Below, in pieces: positions 38,652-47,967 of a stretch of DNA of 64,000 nucleotides. A program made the translations under genes and the position numbers. A model generated the notes under the pieces. It searched no databases. It had not been told where the DNA came from and saw only the letters and a list, made by a program, of their open reading frames with translations. The DNA lies in the NCBI GenBank assembly GCA_964445525.1, contig CAYULA010000002.1:34576-98575 (forward strand), in the 5' to 3' direction. Each line of letters starts with the position of its first letter. The first letter of the stretch is position 1. The DNA is from an uncultured Thermoplasmatales archaeon (GTDB lineage Archaea > Thermoplasmatota > Penumbrarchaeia > Penumbrarchaeales > Penumbrarchaeaceae).

Positions 38652-40040
38652 TCATCTGGGGATCCAGCCGATCCTCTCATATCCGTTGATAACCCTTTCA
38701 AGGTCCTCCACGGTGATTCCAAGGACCTTTTCCTCTTTCATCAAGGATATCGCATCCTCGGTGAATCCCTCTCTCGCCATTATGAAGGCATACTCGGTCC
38801 TTTTCCGGTTATGCCAATCGATTTTCTCCATGTTATTCAGGAGGTCTCTTACAACATCCGGACCCGTTGGTCTGTTCCTCCACTTGATCTCGCCGACCAG
38901 AATTGTCTTTTCCTTCCTGGAATAGAATAACGAATCCACCTCGTTTCCGGACCTGTCCCACCATGATCCGCTCCCATCCTGAACGAATGGAATGGATCCG
39001 TTCTCTTCCAGAAATGTCCTTATCACCTTCTCTATCCCTCTTCCAATGGCATCGAAGAAGGTATTTTTGTCTATCTTGGCTATCCCGTTTTTAAATAGTT
39101 CCATTTTGGGATAACATACTGAGAACCATAACTGGAAGAAGGGATCATCTATCACATATCTGACATGTTTTTCCTTTCCGAAAATGGGCCTGTCCCTTTT
39201 CACAAGTCTCATGTCCATGAGATTATTGATGTATTTGGGAAGCATCTGGACCTCCATTCCGAGCTGGTCCGCTATCATGGTAGGTCCGAACTTGCCCCTG
39301 GATATGACCTCGAGTATCGAGAAATAGGTATCCCAGGAATTGCCGAATTCCTGGATAAGGACATTCTCCCCCTCCGGTAAAAATATCGATCCGGGTGAAA
39401 ATATACTCTTTCTGATATCATCTATATTTTTCTTGTATCTGATCAATTCGAGATATCTGGGGACCCCTCCCACAAGTGAATAGGCTTCCATTGCGTCCCT
39501 GAAGGAGAATCCGGAATCGGTCAGGATACTCACCGAATCCTCCATCGCAAGAGGCCTCAGCTCCAGGAGGTGAGTGCTTCTACCGAAGAGGGGTTCTTTC
39601 CTGTCCTCGAATATCTTCTTCATCAGACTTATGTGGGAACCATCGACTATCAGCCTCAGCCTTCTCTCGTCCTTGTACTTGTCTATGAGCATCTGCAGAT
39701 CCGAGAATGCCCCTTCGTCCATGAATTTCAGATTGGAGAGCTCGTCAAGAAAAATGATCTTCCCATCCAGTCTGAACAGATATTCGAAGAATTCCTCCAA
39801 GGAACCGAAGGTCGGGGAATAGCCCGTTTGTTCCTTTAGGGACCTCGACATCTGATCCAGAGCCAGACTGAGTCTTTTCCTCGGGATGAAGAATTCAAGG
39901 AGGTCGGGACCTTTGAGGGCCTCCCTGATCAGTCGTGTTTTCCCGATCCTTCTTCTTCCGGTGATCACAAAAAAGCAGTGATCTCTGGACATTCCTTCCC
40001 GTATCATCGATGTCTCTTCATCCCTGTCGAAGAACCTCAT
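38652..40040 (-). CDS. archaeal ATPase (AAA) with wHTH and DUF234/PD-(D/E)xK C-terminus
   Basis: RFFDRDEE, GRRRIGKT, IIFLDE, PLFGR, GGVPRYL, DPFFQLWF and WW...EVD...GEIKW. Confidence 0.92.
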   Translation of the reverse strand: MRFFDRDEETSMIREGMSRDHCFFVITGRRRIGKTRLIREALKGPDLLEFFIPRKRLSLALDQMSRSLKEQTGYSPTFGSLEEFFEYLFRLDGKIIFLDELSNLKFMDEGAFSDLQMLIDKYKDERRLRLIVDGSHISLMKKIFEDRKEPLFGRSTHLLELRPLAMEDSVSILTDSGFSFRDAMEAYSLVGGVPRYLELIRYKKNIDDIRKSIFSPGSIFLPEGENVLIQEFGNSWDTYFSILEVISRGKFGPTMIADQLGMEVQMLPKYINNLMDMRLVKRDRPIFGKEKHVRYVIDDPFFQLWFSVCYPKMELFKNGIAKIDKNTFFDAIGRGIEKVIRTFLEENGSIPFVQDGSGSWWDRSGNEVDSLFYSRKEKTILVGEIKWRNRPTGPDVVRDLLNNMEKIDWHNRKRTEYAFIMAREGFTEDAISLMKEEKVLGITVEDLERVINGYERIGWIPR

Positions 40041-40052
40041 GTTTAAACCAAA

Positions 40053-40098
40053 ACAGGATTATCCTGAAATGGTTTATAACTTTCCTCGATAATCCTGT
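40053..40098. promoter_or_regulatory. perfect 11-bp inverted repeat flanking the TATA box of the ATPase gene
   Basis: acaggattatc (40053-40063) and gataatcctgt (40088-40098). The 24-bp spacer contains ttataaa on the minus strand. Confidence 0.6.
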
Positions 40099-40214
40099 CT
40101 TATGAATGAATTATCCCGAAACCCAATTCTGCATTTCAATAAATCCGAATTATATCGCTTCTTATTTATTCCAAGAGATTTTTCAAGTTTCCGGGATCAT
40201 TCAGGTGGACCTCC

Positions 40215-41237
40215 ATGCTGGTGGAAGCTGTAGATGACGACATCAAGAGGGATGTCTGGAAGAGGGACGAGTTCACGTGCCGCTACTGCGGGAGGACCGT
40301 TGCATGGGAGGATGTGAACCTTGTTTTGGATGTGCAGCCGGAAAAAGGAGGAGAGGTTGCCCCCTCAAATATGCTCACTGTCTGCTCCACCTGTTTGACC
40401 GAGGGAAAGACAGCCCCCGTAGAGGAGAAGGACAAGCAGAGACTTCTGGGAATAATCAGAGAGCTCGTCTGCTACACCGATCTCACAGACGAGGTAATAT
40501 TCGAGATGGACCACGAGCAGGAGATCGAGAGGCTCCTTGCGAAGATGCAGGCCCTCAAGGAGGATAATCAGAGGCTTTCTGCCGCAATTCAGCAGAGGGA
40601 GAGGCTTGCAATAGGTTACAAGCAGAAGATGGACAGGGTCCTCAAGGATATGGAAAACTTGAAGAGAAGACAGGAGTCGGATATAGAACTGAGAGTGGAT
40701 GAGGGCACCAGAAAGGTAATCCTGTCCATGATCGAGACCCTTGACGATATCGACAGGGCCATCCAGGAAGCAAGGAAGGATAACGGAGTCAAGGAGGTTC
40801 AAAATATCATTTCCGGCCTGGGAATGATAAGGAAAGCCTTGATGGACAGGCTGAGGTCACAGAGTGTCCAGAAACTGGACCCCAAGGGGGAGATATTCGA
40901 TCCGAACTATCACGAAGCGGTATCCTCGGTGATGAATAGAAAGGTCCCCAAGGGAACGGTCCTCGAGGTCCGGCAGCCGGGTTTCATCCGGGGCCACCAT
41001 CTTCTCAGACCGGCCATGGTGATCATATCCAAGGGTGGTAAAAAACCCGAAAGGAAAGAACCCGAGAAACTGGAGGAGTTCGAGCTGGACGAGGAGACAG
41101 ATGAGATAGAGGTCCTCCCCCTGGAACCCTGGACGCCGGGCAGTAACGATACCGAATTCGTGGTCAAGAAACCAAAGAAGAAGAAAAGGGTTTCAAAACG
41201 GAAGAAAAATACTCAATCCAAGGGCGATAAAACATAA
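40215..41237 (+). CDS. grpE: nucleotide exchange factor GrpE with an N-terminal degenerate HNH/Zn-finger domain
   Basis: C-terminal part has ENLKRR, LDDIDRA, GEIFDPNYHEAV and VRQPGF...LLRPAMV. N-terminal part has VWKRDEFTCRYCG...GG...NMLTVCSTC. Confidence 0.85.
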   Translation: MLVEAVDDDIKRDVWKRDEFTCRYCGRTVAWEDVNLVLDVQPEKGGEVAPSNMLTVCSTCLTEGKTAPVEEKDKQRLLGIIRELVCYTDLTDEVIFEMDHEQEIERLLAKMQALKEDNQRLSAAIQQRERLAIGYKQKMDRVLKDMENLKRRQESDIELRVDEGTRKVILSMIETLDDIDRAIQEARKDNGVKEVQNIISGLGMIRKALMDRLRSQSVQKLDPKGEIFDPNYHEAVSSVMNRKVPKGTVLEVRQPGFIRGHHLLRPAMVIISKGGKKPERKEPEKLEEFELDEETDEIEVLPLEPWTPGSNDTEFVVKKPKKKKRVSKRKKNTQSKGDKT

Positions 41238-41269
41238 CAATTTACAACAAGGAATGGTATGCCCGTTCG

Positions 41270-43708
41270 TTGGCTCTGAAGGATCACGGATTGACTGCCC
41301 GGGAAGGGATAATGCTCCATCTTCTGGAATGCGATATCTACAGAAATGACGATATTGTGCCGGAGTCAGTGACACAGCCGGGAATCGCCAGGGCATTGGA
41401 CACTGACAGGAGCTATGTTTCCTTCGTCCTGTCGCAGATGGAGAGCAATGATACGGTGATAAACAAGCTGGGCAGGATCCAGGGGGGAAAGAGGAGAAGG
41501 AAGGTCTACTTCCTAACGGAGGAAGGGCTGAAATATGCCCAAGATATCAGGACCCTGATCTCCGGAATCCGGATTGCATACAAGAGCAAGGGGAAGGAAC
41601 TCAACAATCCCCTTGGATATGTCGCTTCCGAGGCAGGCCTCTCACTGACCACCATGGTGGTGAACATGGATGCCTCATCGGTTTTCGACCTTGACGATAT
41701 CACCCTTCTCGGCAGGACCAAAAAGAGATCCCCCGGAGGGCCCAGAGGTCCTCCTGTTCCCGATAATTTCAAGGGCAGGAAAAAAGAGATCTCAATTATC
41801 AGGTCCTGGTTGAAGGGAAGCTCCGGCATTCTCCAGGTCAACGGCATCGCGGGAACGGGAAAGACATCACTTGTGGGGAAAGCTCTCGAGGAGGAAATCG
41901 ATCCCGAACTGACCACGATTTACATTCCCGTACCCTCCTGGGGGGATGATTCGTCACTGATGACGAACCTCTCCAGGGAGCTTGAATCGGCAAATAGGTT
42001 GTCACTATCCAGCCTGCAGAAGGAGAAGGGCTCCCTTTCCCTGGATGAGTTCGCGAGAGGCCTCGAACAGGAGATATCAAGGAAATCCATGCTCCTGAAC
42101 CTGGATGACGTTCACAATCTTATCGGAAAGGGAAGGAAAAGCAAGGTCCTCGATCTGATCATCAGTATGTCCGTAAAGGACCTTAAGACCATTCTGATCT
42201 CCAGGAAGCCTCTCGAGCTTGACCCCAGGTTATCAATGAGATCGGATCCCCCCCTAATCCTGGAGGTGGCTGGATTGAAGAAGAACGATGTCAGAAGCCT
42301 TTTCGAGGACCACGATCTCGATTTCAACAATGATATCTATTCCAGAACCTCCGGTCATCCCCTCTACGTGAATCTTATTATCCATCATCACTGTCAGGGA
42401 GATGCGCTTGAACCCGGAAAGAGCATAAGGACATTCATCCGAAACGAGGTCCTGGAATGTCTCAACAGAACGGAGATGGACCTTCTGGATATCATGTCCG
42501 TTTTCAGGGTCCCAGTATCCAGGGAGAGGCTGTTCGATCTGGATGCCGGGGACCTTCTGATATCCGAGTCGGGCCTGCAGAGCCTGATGGGAGGGGGGAT
42601 ACTGACCGGAGGGGAGGGGTCCATCGTGATCCACCAGCTTATTAAGGATATTGTTCTCGAGATGATGCCCAAGAGCAGGTCTCTCAGGATACACAGGATC
42701 TTATCGGAACATTACAGGGAGAGGCTGGATCTCCAGACGATGCCGGTAAAGGATGTTTCCGGGAGGATCATCGATCTCAGGGAATACCTGCACCATATCT
42801 GGACCTGCGGAACAATCGGAGAAAGACTCTCCGCAATTTCCGACATGGGAGAGGAGATCATGAGCAGGTCCCTCAATGATGACCTGGAGAGATACAGCAA
42901 GGATATGCTGGATGAGATATCCCGGTCCCATGAAGCGGAATCACTCGATCCATCTCTCATGATCAGGATAATGATCTATCACGGATGGTGCCTGTCCGTC
43001 AGAGGAGAATGGGAAAAGGCCCTTGAAGAATACGACAGGGCCAGGATGAAAGCTGAGGAGATCCCCAGCTGGGACCTGGTTGGCAGATGCCTGAATGCCG
43101 TCGGGACCATACATCTCAGGAGGGGCGATCCCGAAAATGCCAGGGAGCTGATATCGAGGTCCATCGAGTTGATGGATGACAGGCGCACCCTTTGCAAGGC
43201 AAGGTCAAATCTTGCCATAGTACACTGGATGGAGGGACGCCTCGAGGAAGCCCTGGAGGAGGTTGACAGATCCCTGGATCTTGCACTGTATCTGGATGAT
43301 GCCATGGGAGTATCCAGGGGACTGATAAACAAGGGAATAATACTGGCCCAGATGAATGATTTCGAGGGATCGGGTTCCGCTTACGAGAAAGCCCTTGACA
43401 TATGCGAGAGGGAGGGTTTTTCCCAGACATTATCCATAGTACACGACAATCTCGGTGAGATAAGAAGGGAACTGTGTGACCTGGAGGCTTCCAGGAAACA
43501 TTTCGAAAAGAGCCTCTCGCTGGCAGCTGATCTCGGCTTCAGGTGGCAGGTGGCTGAGGCCACCCGGAACCTGGCATCCCTCACGGAGAAGGGACCGAGG
43601 AGAACCGGAATGTTCATGGAGTCCATTGAGATTTTCAGGGGCCTCGGTGACCTGAGAGAGGTCGAGAGGACCGAGGAGATGATGAGGGAGAGTCCCGATA
43701 AGGAATAG
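41270..43708 (+). CDS. wHTH - P-loop NTPase (STAND-like) - TPR protein
   Basis: N-terminal TQPGIARAL...KVYFLTEEG wHTH, FKGRKKE, GIAGTGKT, LDDVH, GHPL motif and C-terminal TPRs. TTG start. Confidence 0.85.
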   Translation: MALKDHGLTAREGIMLHLLECDIYRNDDIVPESVTQPGIARALDTDRSYVSFVLSQMESNDTVINKLGRIQGGKRRRKVYFLTEEGLKYAQDIRTLISGIRIAYKSKGKELNNPLGYVASEAGLSLTTMVVNMDASSVFDLDDITLLGRTKKRSPGGPRGPPVPDNFKGRKKEISIIRSWLKGSSGILQVNGIAGTGKTSLVGKALEEEIDPELTTIYIPVPSWGDDSSLMTNLSRELESANRLSLSSLQKEKGSLSLDEFARGLEQEISRKSMLLNLDDVHNLIGKGRKSKVLDLIISMSVKDLKTILISRKPLELDPRLSMRSDPPLILEVAGLKKNDVRSLFEDHDLDFNNDIYSRTSGHPLYVNLIIHHHCQGDALEPGKSIRTFIRNEVLECLNRTEMDLLDIMSVFRVPVSRERLFDLDAGDLLISESGLQSLMGGGILTGGEGSIVIHQLIKDIVLEMMPKSRSLRIHRILSEHYRERLDLQTMPVKDVSGRIIDLREYLHHIWTCGTIGERLSAISDMGEEIMSRSLNDDLERYSKDMLDEISRSHEAESLDPSLMIRIMIYHGWCLSVRGEWEKALEEYDRARMKAEEIPSWDLVGRCLNAVGTIHLRRGDPENARELISRSIELMDDRRTLCKARSNLAIVHWMEGRLEEALEEVDRSLDLALYLDDAMGVSRGLINKGIILAQMNDFEGSGSAYEKALDICEREGFSQTLSIVHDNLGEIRRELCDLEASRKHFEKSLSLAADLGFRWQVAEATRNLASLTEKGPRRTGMFMESIEIFRGLGDLREVERTEEMMRESPDKE

Positions 43709-43720
43709 GAGTGTGTTGAT

Positions 43721-45259
43721 TTGAAGGCAGATTTTAGTGGAATCGATCCCAGGACCGGCCGGTCCTCGGGAGAATTGTTTAAAGATTCAACCAGGGAAGA
43801 AATTGATGAAAAGATCATAAAAGCATCAAAGTCCTTTGACGCTTTTTCATCACTTTCCAGAAATAAGAGAGCGGGATTTTTGAGGGCGGTTTCCCGTGAG
43901 ATAAAGGATCTGGCAAAGGAATTATTGGAGACCGCCGACAGGGAAACCGCACTGGGTCATAGGAGATTGAGGGGAGAGATGAATAGGACCTGCAATCAGC
44001 TTGTCTCCTTTGCCGATCACATTGAGGAAGGCTCCTATCAGGAAGTCGTGATAGATACCGGAGATCCGAACAGGTTCCCCGCTCCCAAACCCGATATCAG
44101 GAGGATGCTCTTTCCGATAGGACCGGCGGCAATATTCGGGGCATCCAACTTCCCGTTTGCATTCGGGGTGCTCGGTGGCGACACGGCATCCGCTCTTGCC
44201 GCGGGATGCACCGTTGTTGTCAAGGGACATCCGTCACATCCGGAAACCAACGAACTGTTCCTCTCAGCGGTTGAAAGAGCAGTTGATGAAACCGCTATCC
44301 CAGACGGAGTTTTTTCCCTGGTCCAGGGAGTCGGAAACGAGGTGGGTGAGGAGCTTGTGATGCATCCCTTGATCAAGGCCGTGGGATTCACGGGAAGCAG
44401 AAGAGGAGGAATGTCCCTGTCCGGGAAAGCCTCCGCCAGGGACGAACCCATACCTTTCTATGCGGAGATGGGAAGCATCAATCCTGTGATAGTAACCAGA
44501 GAGGCTGTTTCGAAGGATCCTTCTTCCGTGGCAGTGAAGGTGGCGGGGGCGGTTCTGCACGGATCGGGACAGCTGTGTACAAAACCAGGACTGGTCCTGG
44601 TGGAGGAGGCTCCCGGTCTGGAAACCTTCAGGGAGGCCCTGGAAAACAGGATGAGAACGGACAGATGCCAGCCGCTTTTAAATCACCAGATAAGGGAAAA
44701 CCTTGAACATGGCCTCGGGAAGCTATCGGGAATTGAGGGCATAGAGATGGCGGGAGGCGGGAAGGTCCGGGATGATAATTCCATAACATTTGAAAATACT
44801 CTGATCACGGCTTCCTCCGAGATCTTCCGCCGGGAGCCTCTCCTGCATGAGGAGAGGTTCGGTCCCGTAACATTGGTTGTAGGATGCAAGGGAAGGGAGG
44901 ACCTCCTGAAAACGGTGGAGTGTATCGAGGGCCAGTTGACCGGAACTGTCATGAATGCCGGGGAGGATGATGTTGAGGACATTCTGAGGGTCCTCACCTC
45001 GAAGGTGGGGAGGATCATATTGAATGGAGTCCCCATCGGTGTGGAGGTAAACCATTCAATGCAGCACGGAGGACCTTTCCCCGCAACTACAGCTCCGTGG
45101 ACGACATCCGTTGGCATGATGTCAATCAAAAGATGGCTGAGGCCCGTGGCTTTCCAGAATATTGATGAGAGGTATCTTCCCCTCGAGTTGAAGGATGACA
45201 ATCCCACGGGAATAATGAGGATCGTCAACGGGAAATATTCGAGAGGACCTGTTGGATAA
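43721..45259 (+). CDS. NADP-dependent aldehyde dehydrogenase (alpha-ketoglutaric semialdehyde dehydrogenase-like)
   Basis: FGASNFPFAF, GGDTASALAAG, FTGS, AEMGSINP, GQLCTKPG and HGGPFPAT. Confidence 0.92.
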   Translation: MKADFSGIDPRTGRSSGELFKDSTREEIDEKIIKASKSFDAFSSLSRNKRAGFLRAVSREIKDLAKELLETADRETALGHRRLRGEMNRTCNQLVSFADHIEEGSYQEVVIDTGDPNRFPAPKPDIRRMLFPIGPAAIFGASNFPFAFGVLGGDTASALAAGCTVVVKGHPSHPETNELFLSAVERAVDETAIPDGVFSLVQGVGNEVGEELVMHPLIKAVGFTGSRRGGMSLSGKASARDEPIPFYAEMGSINPVIVTREAVSKDPSSVAVKVAGAVLHGSGQLCTKPGLVLVEEAPGLETFREALENRMRTDRCQPLLNHQIRENLEHGLGKLSGIEGIEMAGGGKVRDDNSITFENTLITASSEIFRREPLLHEERFGPVTLVVGCKGREDLLKTVECIEGQLTGTVMNAGEDDVEDILRVLTSKVGRIILNGVPIGVEVNHSMQHGGPFPATTAPWTTSVGMMSIKRWLRPVAFQNIDERYLPLELKDDNPTGIMRIVNGKYSRGPVG

Positions 45260-45271
45260 ACCTTTAATCAA

Positions 45272-47329
45272 CTATTCGAATGGATCCTTCTCATCCTTTT
45301 TCTTGGAGGTCCTATTGAGCAGTATTATGAACAGCAATATCATAACTATCACAACCACCACTATAATGATGATCAAAAGTGTGTTCATCATCTTGACACT
45401 TTCAAGTTCATCTTCTGTTGACCTGAGGTCCTCCTCCAGTGCGCCTCTGGATTCCGATGCGGCATCGATATCGCTCTCGGTATCCGAAAGCCCGGACTCC
45501 ACGGAATCTATCCTCGATCCTTCATTCTCCAGCAGGGATTCCAGTGAATCGATGGTGGAGTTCAGGGATTCGAGGTCCGATAAAAGGTCTTCCAGGTCCT
45601 CCTCGCTGATATTGAGGTCCTCCGAAAGGGAGGTAAGATTGGAATCAAGCGAAGAGATATCCTCCCTGATCATGGTGAGGTTCTCGAGGATGTGAAGGAT
45701 ATCTGCCTGCGTGAGGGCAAGGTCCTCGATCAGAGTAGGTATCGGGTCCGTGAAATTCACGGTCCTTGTGACGGTTTCGGAGTTACCGGAAGCATCCGTT
45801 GACGTGATGGTGATCAGGTTGCTCCCGGGGTAAATGGGAATGTCCAGCTGGAAGTAACCAGAATTTGATACATCGGCCACGATCCCGTTCACAACAACCG
45901 TGGCAAGACGTTCCGTGGTTCCGTTCACGGTCACCACCGGTGTGGAACAATTTCCATTGTCTTGAGGTCCGAAAACATCTATGGACGGAGGTACATTATC
46001 ACGCTCGAAGTAGGTGTTGGCCCAGACGCTTGGTTTTTTCGTATCATACTGGATCCAGGCTGAAATGGCATTTCCGAAGAGACCGATGTCCACAACCGGC
46101 GAATAGCAGAATGTTAACCTGGACTCAATGAGTTGTTCTGTGGACCAACCTTTTTCGGGTGTATACCTGCAATATGCAACATTGTAGGTGTCATCTTTCA
46201 GCCAGTTGCATACCATTATCGCTTCCCCTGACCGAGCCATGGAGATATCCGAACTGGTGGCGCTCTCCACGAGGATCTCTGCTTCTCCCCAACCTGTTTC
46301 CGGGGAGTAATCGTTGGTAATGATATTGTTATCGACACCATCGATCTGCCTCCAGACAGCGATGGCATTTCCCTGTCCATCCATTCCAATCCTGGGATAT
46401 CTTTCATTGGTATCATCATATGATTCGATGATTTCATCCGATCCCCAGCCCGATCCTGCCACATATCTGTTTGAGAACATGTCGTATCCTGTACCTGGAT
46501 CCTTTGACCAGACCACCAGGGCGTTTCCATCCTCATCCATGACAACACCGGGTGTGTCCACATTTCCGGGGTCGCCGCTGTCAATCCTCTCGGCCGACCC
46601 CCATCCTATGTCGGGAACATAAACATTGGCCCATACTGTAAATCCACTTGGGGTGAACTGTTTCCATGCCACAACCGCCCTGCCGGACGGATTCACGAAA
46701 ATACTTGGATACAGGGAAGACCCGGAATCAACGGTCTCCACAAGCTCGGAAGTTCCCCAACCGGAACCTCTGACCCATCTGTTTGCCCAGATACTCATTT
46801 CGCCTCCATCGTTCTGTCTCCAGACAACGATTGCAGTTCTACCCAACCTATCCATGGAAACCTCCGGATTCTCAACATTGTTGACCTCATCGGTTTCCAG
46901 AAGAACAGCTTCCTCCCAACCATCACCAATATGTCTTGTTCTTGCATAGAGATTGTATGAGGACCCTTCCAACTGGGTCCAGACCGCTACATAGTGACGA
47001 CCTTCGGGACCAACATCGATTGATGGGTACCTTGCATCCGTGAATCCGGCTGTATCGATAACCTCGGGAACATCCCACCCTGTGTCCTTGTCATAAACGT
47101 TTGTCATGGCATTGTCATAGCTGCCATCGTCCTGTATCCATATTGCACAGGCATCGTTCATATCATGGACTGCCACATCGACACTGTATGATGCCCCTTC
47201 ATGTTCGTTCTCCAGCAGCACCGGATTCTGCCAGCCAACGGGTGGCTCCTCTGCATTTGACGGCAATATCATCAACGATGAAACCATCAACATCAAACCA
47301 GCAAGTAAACAGTAAGATCCCGTTCTCAT
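45272..47329 (-). CDS. surface protein: ~50-aa repeat beta-propeller, Ig-like domain, coiled coil, C-terminal TM
   Basis: Signal peptide, repeats P...MD..GNA..VW.Q...WAN.Y...GWG, an acidic coiled coil and TM LLIIIIVVVVIVMILLFIILL. Confidence 0.75.
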   Translation of the reverse strand: MRTGSYCLLAGLMLMVSSLMILPSNAEEPPVGWQNPVLLENEHEGASYSVDVAVHDMNDACAIWIQDDGSYDNAMTNVYDKDTGWDVPEVIDTAGFTDARYPSIDVGPEGRHYVAVWTQLEGSSYNLYARTRHIGDGWEEAVLLETDEVNNVENPEVSMDRLGRTAIVVWRQNDGGEMSIWANRWVRGSGWGTSELVETVDSGSSLYPSIFVNPSGRAVVAWKQFTPSGFTVWANVYVPDIGWGSAERIDSGDPGNVDTPGVVMDEDGNALVVWSKDPGTGYDMFSNRYVAGSGWGSDEIIESYDDTNERYPRIGMDGQGNAIAVWRQIDGVDNNIITNDYSPETGWGEAEILVESATSSDISMARSGEAIMVCNWLKDDTYNVAYCRYTPEKGWSTEQLIESRLTFCYSPVVDIGLFGNAISAWIQYDTKKPSVWANTYFERDNVPPSIDVFGPQDNGNCSTPVVTVNGTTERLATVVVNGIVADVSNSGYFQLDIPIYPGSNLITITSTDASGNSETVTRTVNFTDPIPTLIEDLALTQADILHILENLTMIREDISSLDSNLTSLSEDLNISEEDLEDLLSDLESLNSTIDSLESLLENEGSRIDSVESGLSDTESDIDAASESRGALEEDLRSTEDELESVKMMNTLLIIIIVVVVIVMILLFIILLNRTSKKKDEKDPFE

Positions 47330-47491
47330 TTCCTTTTCCCCGTTACCGAATTGCCTTTCTATGATTTATCTATATTTATTCTATTATTATTGTAATGAAA
47401 TTAAATTGAAGGGAAAAAAATCCTCACTGAATCAAAGATTCGGCTGGCCTTTGTTTTCACACTTTTATAAAAATGGTTAGTGAAAACAAAG

Positions 47492-47510
47492 ATGGTGCGA
47501 GGGCTGTGAT
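47492..47510 (-). repeat. 19-bp direct repeat of the tRNA-Leu 3' end (att-like)
   Basis: atggtgcgagggctgtgat is identical to 47656-47674. Confidence 0.85.
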
Positions 47511-47656
47511 GTTAGAATCGTGATATAATTAACGTTAATCCAGATTCTAACATTCAGACCAAAAACGGTTTTCATTTCAAATTCATCATTTTTGGTTGCA
47601 GTGAATTATTTTCAAGCACCATTTTTCGTAATATTATATAATCGACGAAAGAAAAA

Positions 47657-47743
47657 TGGTGCGAGGGCTGTGATTTGAACACAGGAACCACTAAGGACTA
47701 GACCCTCAATCTAGCGCCGTTGACCAAGCTAAGCTACCCTCGC
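47657..47743 (-). tRNA. tRNA-Leu(GAG) with encoded CCA
   Basis: Reverse complement is GCGAGGGTAGCTTAGCTTGGTCAACGGCGCTAGATTGAGGGTCTAGTCCTTAGTGGTTCCTGTGTTCAAATCACAGCCCTCGCACCA. Anticodon stem CTAGA/TCTAG, long variable arm and TTCAAAT T-loop. Confidence 0.95.
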
Positions 47744-47777
47744 ACACGATTGGTGGTTTCTTTTGGCGGATGTTTTC

Positions 47778-47967
47778 GAACCACCAATCCATGAGGGTAG
47801 CTTAACGGTCAACGGCGCCCCGGGAACTTGTTTCCGGGTTATGCGCCGTAGGTCGGTTGCCTGCAACCGGCCATTTCCGTCAACGCTTTTTCCTTTGGGA
47901 AAAAGGGTTGTGACCAAGCTAAGCTTTTCGTGCCCAGCTTGTTACCCTCGCACACGATTGGTGGTTC
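47778..47967 (-). ncRNA. putative branched structured RNA built from sense and antisense copies of the tRNA-Leu 5' half and leader
   Basis: 47778-47818 is an imperfect inverted copy of 47714-47760. 47843-49, 47911-25 and 47943-66 are direct copies interrupted by hairpins. Expression is not shown. Confidence 0.5.

Noticed and set aside
47778..47967. Possible split, permuted or intron-containing second tRNA gene
   Set aside because: The copies include only the leader, acceptor 5' strand and D-arm. They have no anticodon arm or T-arm, and I could not identify BHB motifs.
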